From Tubiluchus corallicola (lineage: Eukaryota; Animalia; Priapulida), in the NCBI GenBank assembly GCA_030141605.1, contig JAQGDQ010000095.1, positions 434,001 through 498,000 on the forward strand: a stretch of DNA of 64,000 bases, read 5' to 3'. The translations under genes were made by a program, and so were the position numbers. Below the pieces are notes generated by a model. That model was given only the letters and a program-made list of their open reading frames with translations. It was not told the origin of the DNA and ran no database searches. Shown here in pieces: positions 56,224 through 64,000 of this stretch (position 1 is the stretch's first letter; each line of letters opens with the position of its first letter).

Positions 56224-59200
56224 CTAATTGAACTAATGTAAAAAACAAGTTATTGTAAACATTTGCCATTTGCTTGCCCTCACCCATGTAGGAACTTTAG
56301 AATAAGACATCCCGCCTAGAGATTAAATGCATATGTAGTGCTAGTGATAAAAAAGTCTTGATCTCAGCTTCACAGAGCTGTTTGTTTAATAAAGTGAGTA
56401 AATGTGACCAATGCAAGGAAGTGATTCTCACCTAAAAAAAATTACATATTTGTTTTTCAGAACTTATCAGTGATTGTTGATGTACCAAAGAGTCGTTGTT
56501 TTGTGATGGAACTAGATCGTGCAAATGTCAAACCGCCCAGATCCTTCTACGACATGTATGTGAACACAATGGTAAGCCTTCCATGGTATTAAACTATTTT
56601 GCTATATAATAAACACTGCTTAATTCGGTTCTGCGTAATTCGGAATGTCATTCCTCTCAGACAGATTCAGTAAAACAGATTTGTTTCTATATAACTTAAT
56701 GCTTAAAGCAATCACAAAACTCGGTATATCGCAGAATTAGGTACATTTTACGGGGAAGAATTTATACAAAACCCATTGTATTTGCTCTATTTATCTCGGA
56801 CACTCGGAAACAGTGTCAATACAGTGAAAGCGCACTTTACCGGTGCTCTGCAAGTGTGGGTAGAAAACAGTCGGAAAACTAACCAGTAAAATGCTACAGC
56901 GTATTTATGCATGTGATGCGTGTAACTTGCCTTGTCCTGAGGAATTTTGCATACCAGAAATTCACTGATTCTGCATTTTTAATTAAATTCTGACTGCAAT
57001 ATTATTTGGTTTTCCAATGTCGGTTTAAGTTGACCCTGGCCGTCTTTCTCATTAAATGCAGATGGTGTTTTTATATGTGCACGTGAGTGTGTAAACCTTG
57101 CCTAATCTTGCATATCAAACTTTACTATTGATTGTTTAATTATGATAAAACGTTACGTGCAAAATGGTTCTATAGTTTACTGTGCTTTACCTGACACTTC
57201 TAAAGCATTCGATAAAGTAAATTACTGTAAATTCAAACTTCTACTTTAGAAAAATCTTCCTGCTAATATAATCAAATTGTTATGTATACGAACCAGTAAA
57301 TATGTTTTTCATGGCATAATACCAAATCTAGATTTTTTTCTTGTACGAACGAGGTAAGACAGGGTGCTGTCCTGTCCCCAATTTTATTTGGCTTGTACTT
57401 AGATGGACTGTTATGTAAACTGCGGGATTCTAAAATTAGATGCATGGTGGGTAACAGGTAACATGGTGGGGAGTGTCGCATATGCTGACAAGTCTGTTGG
57501 CTCCGAATATACGGGCTCTGTAGGCTATGTTAAAAATTTGTGAAGAGTATGCCAGAAATTATGATATTGATTTTGCAACATAAGTCAACACAAAGTAAGA
57601 AGTAAATGTATAATTTTCTATTCTCATAAGAATGTTCCCTACAGGTTACATTCCACAGTAAAACTCAATAACACACAGATGTCTTTTTGCGACAAAGTGC
57701 TGTACCTTGGTACCACTCTGACATCTAATTTGACGGATTACGCTGAAATTCTATGTAAACGTGGAGATTTCATTTCTTGTGCAAATGAGATAGTGTTATA
57801 TGTGACTTCTCGTTTCTTAATAGTTGTATTAAGACTAAAATATTTCAATTGTACTGTTATAGCTTTTATGGCTTGCTAATATGGAAGCTTGATAACACTT
57901 ATTAATAACATTAAATTTTGGTATTTGCCGTACCAAATTCATAGGTTTTAGTTATCTCATTTATTGGGTGTGCTTCGTCCAAGTACCCAGTTTGAAATCA
58001 GATTTGTAAAATCATTTATATCATGTTTAATAGCAGTAATACGCTTGGGAACTTTTTTGCAAAAAATGCAGGATATTCTGTGCAGTCAACATTGGGTTAT
58101 AATCTACAATTTACTAAATGTAAATATAATGATAATTACAACAAATGTGATTATCTAAAAATTAAGAGATTCTTATGTAAGAAAGCTAGAGAGCTTACAT
58201 GGGCTCGAAGAAATTCATGACAGTCTACAATATTTATGTTACAAATAATTTGAGATGTAAAATCAAATTCAATAACATATATGTATGTTAGTTAATGGCA
58301 AATTTTATTTGTGTAAAGGTATGAGATTTTTTTTAACTATTGACCGACATTGTTTTTTTATTTATTTATTTATGCAGCTAACCGAATGAGTGTATTGTAT
58401 TTACAATAATTTGAAATAAATTGTATATATATATTTGCAATATATATTTGTAATATATATATACAATTTATTTCGAATTACTGTAAATACAATACAAGAT
58501 GGAACCGTCCAGCTATATATATATATATATTAGAATAAAATGTTATGGCAGACCGAATATAACAGTTGTCCTTATTTACCCAGTTTTATAGTACCAACTA
58601 ATGTTATTTTGTGTTATTATTATTATCACTGTCAGTTTTTCCATTCCAAAATATCCGCTGAAGAATGAAAATGTTTAGGGCATATCCAGATAAGAGTCTC
58701 AAATGTGCTAAATGTTGAACTAGAATCTTTAGATTCAAAACTGGAAAAGGCCATCGACAGCACAATGACACGAGCATAAAACAAATTCCCGAGTGTCACT
58801 TGAGCATCAACATCTTGAGTAAACACTAGTTGCACTTTAAATAATGAATCTGATATAATTCTGTAGATAATATTTTTATAACTTGCATTTGTTCTTGTTC
58901 ATTTCAGAGAGGTGATTATGAAATTAATGCTCATTACGTTCAAGAAAATTATCACGTTACACGCGAAATAGTTGACAAGTCAAGCCTGGGAGGATACATT
59001 GGACTGGAATGTTACTTTTCTACTGTCTATCAACTTGACCGTGACGAGCCTTTGAAACGTAAGTTTTATGATGAGAAGTATTATACGCTAGAATGATTCA
59101 CTTGTGTACATAAAGCAAGTTGCTTGTCCTTTCCATTTTACTCGAGAGCAGACCGTCAGCATCACACCCAATTGAATGTAAAATGAGCCATTTCCTTGAT

Positions 59201-59663
59201 CATTAGTTAAGTCTTACCCCATAGCTCAGCTACTAAACAGCTTAGTTGCACAAAACTGAATTCATTTGAGGTATCTTGTGTGCTTACACACAAAAGTTGG
59301 ACAACCAACACTGAAAGTGGCTAAGAGGTGGAAGGGTGACTCAGGAACAGTTTGAGAAAACTGTTTCTGAATTGTTTCAGTGTTGTACCCACGTATGGTA
59401 GTTCATCCAATTAAGGGAAGATGTGTGTTTACTGAAATATGGCTAAGATGCCGCTATAGGCTCAGTATTAGTGTTGGGTGCTATTTCCCAGAGAACTGAA
59501 TTACGTAAAAAATAACCTTGATTCTTATTACTGTACTTTTTCAGTTGCAAAACGAGAAGCCGTTCCTGGGGAAGAAGTGAACAGTAATGCACTAGAGTTC
59601 GTGTACTACGATGTCGATGGTTATATCCATGAGGTTCACATTCCCATGGAAAATATCAAATGA
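46453..59663 (+). CDS. ITM2B: Integral membrane protein 2 (ITM2/BRI2-like) type II TM protein with BRICHOS domain
   Basis: Exons 46453-46539, 52122-52277 (TM: CLLLSLLVLTMIALLGVVYLY), 52939-53127 (…EEIEMD…RVIHDFGL), 56461-56571 (IVDVPKSRCFVMELDR..KPP), 58908-59058 (…LGGYIGLECYFSTVYQL), 59545-59663 (AKR/EA…); all GT-AG and in phase. Both BRICHOS cysteines and a dibasic cleavage site present. Co-orthologue of ITM2A/B/C, so the symbol is approximate. Confidence 0.88.
46735..47440 (+). mobile_element. 5'-truncated LINE 3' end related to the 39-43.8 kb element
   Basis: KLRFM…IKLKCNYK…CEECDTTEHLLKC parallels the C-terminus at ~43.28-43.48 kb. Confidence 0.7.
49011..49805 (-). mobile_element. Non-autonomous Helitron-like element
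   Basis: On the minus strand it begins in a (TA)n run and ends in CTAG preceded by a hairpin (CGCAAAA-GA-TTTTGCG, ~49024-49039). CpG-rich; partial second copy at 14.6 kb. Confidence 0.65.
49900..50930. mobile_element. Degraded CR1-like LINE 3' fragments
   Basis: Minus frame AYKPILRPKLEDVSSVWNPY (~50000-50065) and plus frame LEQCLCIADLVNFYNFVKG…FF (50676-50867) resemble CR1 ORF2 C-termini. Confidence 0.5.
53442..55740 (-). mobile_element. RTE-clade LINE, 5'-truncated and internally deleted, antisense in ITM2 intron 3
   Basis: APE C-terminal motifs (TWQHKRSKHWHQLDHVI, TDHRL); RT motifs (GNYRGISLLSVAGK, YIAFVDFTKAFDTV, FRYDGDLFDLRRL); RTE C-terminus (LYGEL…RPKLRYKDTCK); frameshifts. Confidence 0.92.
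56170..56218. repeat. (TA)n microsatellite
   Basis: About 24 TA units. Confidence 0.95.
57150..58440 (+). mobile_element. Degenerate LINE RT fragment (L2/CR1-like) in ITM2 intron 4
   Basis: DTSKAFDKVNY, VRQGAVLSPILFGLYLDGL, YAD and KVLYLGT motifs across frameshifts; ends in AATAAA plus (TA)n. Confidence 0.78.
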
Positions 59664-62065
59664 ATTTTTAATGTTTATATATTTTGGTTATTTTATTTTA
59701 TTGACATATAGATATGGTCTAACTAGGCTTTCAGCAATTTCACAAGTACCTATTTAGCTGTTTTCGTTAATGGCACTTACTCATCAGTTCTCTTTAATTG
59801 TGAAATTTCTTCATTTTTTTGTGATGCTACCTAAAGAAAATACACAGTTGATTTCATATATGCATTGTTTTCTTTGCCTAGTCAATTGCTTTTAGACACT
59901 GTAGTAATTAATTTAGCTGTTAATAGAAATTAGTTTTGGAAATATTAACAATTAAACTTATCATTATAGCATTTTATTTGATCCGATGTGGATAAGACAA
60001 CACATGCCATATATGCTGCAGTCCTGAAAATGGATTTTACTATAATTTGATGTACTAGTAAAAAACCTGATATATTTTCTGGATAATGATATTTAAGACC
60101 ATATGTTGGTGTACCAGGCAAAAACTGGCTTACATGTTTATACCAAGATTTTTTCAATAGGTAGTGGTAGCACCCAAGTTTCTGGAGCCAGCAGTTTTGA
60201 AATTTTGATACAGATTCTTGCCTTCAAACTGCTCTAGGAGGTAACTTCCTCGTCCTTGTATATGCAGCAGTTCATTGCAAGAAAATAATAAAATCTTCAA
60301 TTGTAAAGTAACTGTATAAAGTCCCGAGTTTTTATTTTTATGTAATGTTGTATAGGTTGTAAAAAGCTCGGCTACAAATTGTGAATTTGTAGTAGTTAAC
60401 AAATGGAACAAGTGTGAATTGGCAAATAGTGGTGGGGGGGGGGGTGTTGAAAGGGAATGAAGTTCCAGCGGCCCCAGTATATTTGGTAATTTGTGATATT
60501 TATGTCTAAAGTAAAGTTAAAGCTGGTTCCAGTTTGCTTAATTTACTTTTGGTTCTTGATTCAACTTCTGTGTTTCACACTTGATGTAATCTATTGTTCA
60601 TGAGTTGGCAATGTACTGTTGGCATCAAAATTTGATTAAAATGTAATTTATTTAGAATTTACTATGGCAGAATTACATGAATTTTAATAATCAACTTGGA
60701 GAAGTACACTGTCTAGCTATATATGTCACAGTGTATTTTATGTTTTTCCACTATAGTTAATAATGTAATCATGGAATGGGCCTAGACTATGGAGATCATG
60801 TAATTGATATCTGGGAGCTGCTTGCATAATTGTTATACTAATAGCAATAGCTAAAGTTAGTGGGCTAGCAGCTCGCCAGTGTAAACTCCTGTGCTAATAC
60901 TAACTGAATAGTATGCCAGGACCAGTACTATAGATGTTATGAACATTGTTAAGTCATCTGTGGTCACATATTATTCTTGTATCCAGAAATCCTGCCATAT
61001 ATCATAGAATTAGTGTACTGAATTTTGTCAATTTAAGTTTGGCAATTTAGTACCATCCGAGATTGTATAAAAATTACGTAATTCCTAGTGTACACAACTA
61101 CAAACACATCATATTATTGCACAAAGTGCATATCCAATTGCAGTCAGTGAGTACAGAATAAGAAACAGTGGTAATGTGATAACAGTACTACATATTTTCT
61201 GGCTCCCAGGAACAGCTTCATGACAGGCACGATTTTCAGAAGGAATGCTGTACATGCAGATGAAATAGTAGTGTCTTGAAACACTTGTATGGTTACTAAA
61301 ATAAATAGCTATTGCTTAGTTGTTGTTTTGTTCGTACAATTTTAACTGGAAGAAAATTGATTACCATCCTAAAAACTTGTACTGTATTTTGTTTTGTTTT
61401 TGTTTATAAACAATAACTTGCTTAAGAAAAACAATACCAAATAAAGACAGCAAAACTGTACTGCAGTCATACAGAACTGAATCATAAAATGAAGTCCACG
61501 AATAACAGAAAATTAACATCCATTGCACCACATGCAATCGCACGTTTGCACAAGGCTATCCGTACTAGATTAAGACTGGTGTGGTGTCTGATCTTGGAGG
61601 ATTACCCCAGACCTTCGTCTAGTAGAATTCCAATTTGCAGAGTATTCATTTAACGAAACAGCACCTATGAGAACCTCATTAATTTGTCAATAATAATTTG
61701 CAGCACATCGTTTACAATTCATAGAACATGAAGGGCATAATAAGTCCCTGCAGCACAAATAATTAAAGCACACACCAAAGACAAACATAGAAATTCTGAT
61801 GTCGTTTTTGTAGCTTTCACTTCCCGCACATGATTCTTCAATGTAGTTCTTAAATTTCTTTTGCAGCAAGGGCTCACAGTTATATACCCAAAGTTTGCCT
61901 ACATTAGTAATCATTACACTGATATATTATTTTGTACATTATATTATATATCTTATAACGTTATTATATTACAACTTTTGTTATTGTAATGTGTCCTAAG
62001 AGTTTTGGGTTTATATCAGCTTATCACTAGTTATGGCCAAAAAGACCTAGGTAGACAAACTGACA

Positions 62066-62154
62066 TCATTTCTTTGACAATGCAATTCCTAAACCGACAA
62101 GACCTCCTAATGCCAGCACAGCACCTCCAACGACTGCCATGCCCACTAGTCCCT
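62066..62154 (-). CDS. FIS1: Mitochondrial fission protein FIS1, last coding exon (tail anchor); upstream exons not found in the window
   Basis: Acceptor tcttgttttttag then (E)GLVGMAVVGGAVLALGGLVGLGIALSKK*, matching the FIS1 tail anchor (human DGLVGMAIVGGMALGVAGLAGLIGLAVSKSKS). Confidence 0.85.
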
Positions 62155-62911
62155 CTAAAAAACAAGAAAAAATACTGCTTATAAAGTATAATAGGAAGCA
62201 TGCAAACACAATTGTAAATAGGTGAATAAGGAGATGGTAACAATGACAATCATCAAAAGCAAATAACGCAAAAAGCAAAAACTGTAAGTAGAGTGTTAAA
62301 AAACTCAGTTGGTAAAAAAGCAAAGGCAAGCAACAAAAGCAAAACGACAAATCAATCCTTTTATTCTTATTGTGAATGAAACTAGCAAAATAAAACTTTA
62401 TGTTGTTCGTTTGGCCATAGTACTCAGTATCCCAAAGAACAATATAAGTATGTGCATGTCACAGTTAAAAGAAAGAAATAGAAATGAATTTCCAATTTAA
62501 TATCATCACGTGGGCTCTATACAAAACAACTAACATTGCTTGGTTTAATTTCTCTTAATGTTCTTACAATTATAGTCTTGATGTATAACAAAAGGAATAG
62601 TCTCAGTAATGAAGGAATTTCATATTACTGGAATTTGTCCTTACTAAGAGATTAACAATTGCACTGCCTTTTAGTATCACAATTTCTAACAATGCCACTG
62701 ATCATGTTGCTGTTTATTTTACTGCTATTGCCTAAACTTATAAATATAGGACAAAAAAATTTGCAAACAAAAGGAAAAAATGGATTTTCAAAATTCATCT
62801 TGTTATATTAGACCAAACTAGCACTTTCTTTTATATTCATATGTAAAAAAATCACAGTGCAAAAGTTGAAATGCAAAACACCTGGGCACAGTATACATGT
62901 TTGCTGCAGTT

Positions 62912-63114
62912 AAGCGGTGTTAACCAGACATCCGAAATGCGTTACGCATTATTCACCTGTGGAATAGCTGCATATAAAAAGTCAATGGGAAACAGCTGCA
63001 GAAAAAAATAACTCATAATGCAGGTCAGATAAACGGGTACACTGAAAACAATATAAATAGATAATTTTTTATCTATAACGCATATGCATTTCGGATGTCT
63101 GATAAATGCCACTT
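62912..63114. mobile_element. ~200-bp MITE with imperfect terminal inverted repeats
   Basis: cagacatccgaaatgc (~62925) is the exact reverse complement of gcatttcggatgtctg (~63086), with weaker pairing out to the ends. Confidence 0.65.
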
Positions 63115-64000
63115 TAGTGTTTATAGATAACAGATATATAGATATAGAACTGGATTTTTATTTTCACGTGTCTGTAAAAAAACAAAAATTAAATTTGCAG
63201 GCATAAATTTTCTTGGGTCTCTTTTCCCCCTTCTGTTTTATTATAACTACGTGCAGCATTGAATGAAAAATGAAAAATATGTCTACATTTAATTTTCATC
63301 ATAAGCTTAGCATATAATATAAAGTGTTAGAAAGTACTTTATTGTAATAGAACATCATACAAAATGGAAAGCTTGCGTATTAAGCGAGATTTTTTAACAT
63401 CTGTCATTATTGAATTGGACTGAACTTGTACAGTCACATGCAGATAGAACAAAGCAAGGGAATGCTGCAAACCAGTAACCAAGCCAACGCAACTACGCAA
63501 AATTTTCAGTGCAGCAATTGTTAAAGCATGCACAGCACTATTGTCGCAACTACAGTATGGAACAAGTGTACTATACACCTCGCACTGTGGCGTTAAAAAT
63601 TAACTAAGGATTTTTAAGCTACCAAGATTTAATTTTCAGTTGCAGAGAATTAAGAAAGTTATGCAACTGGATAAACTGTGTGAACTGGATAAAAATTGAA
63701 TTTCCTATGTTAACATTTGCATTTATTTTTTAATTTTTAAATTGTCTGCCCACAATTTCCTATAGCAATGTTTGTTGTTAGCTAGATACTTTTATTTAAA
63801 CATGTCGGCCCATTTACTAAAAATTGCTAAAAACTTCAAGATTGTCAGCGCTTTCGTCATCCACACATTTTCTTCATTAATTTGGAAAATGTTTGTGTTT
63901 TGCAGCTTAAAGATCACTACAAAAATTACATAAGCAGTGCATAAACATTTAGTGGTTTAGTTGCACAATCACTGCTTCATATTTTTCAAAAACAGAGTGA

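Overview
AT-rich genomic DNA from an invertebrate animal (spliceosomal introns, TE-rich; species not identifiable from sequence). Six protein-coding genes were reconstructed by hand from splice sites: DMC1 (+, intronless CDS), MOSPD1-like (-, 6 coding exons), ZRSR2 (+, 11 exons, head-to-head with MOSPD1), AP-1 sigma AP1S (-, tail-to-tail with ZRSR2, several alternative last exons), ITM2/BRI2-like BRICHOS protein (+, 6 exons) and the last exon of FIS1 (-). Introns carry decayed TEs (Tigger/pogo and MITEs, BEL/Pao, Gypsy, CR1/L2-like and RTE LINEs, a Helitron-like element, a tRNA-derived SINE). The best leads are RNA-processing signals: a candidate cryptic AT-AC (U12-type) intron inside the minor-spliceosome factor ZRSR2, an array of alternative C-terminal exons in AP1S, a recursive-splice-like site and a 3'UTR intron in MOSPD1. 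Others are a triple CLEAR box at the ITM2 promoter, a Cys-free 35-aa Bri-type peptide, CDS-wide intron absence in DMC1, and gene order matching human paralogons. All splicing calls are sequence-only predictions without transcript support.
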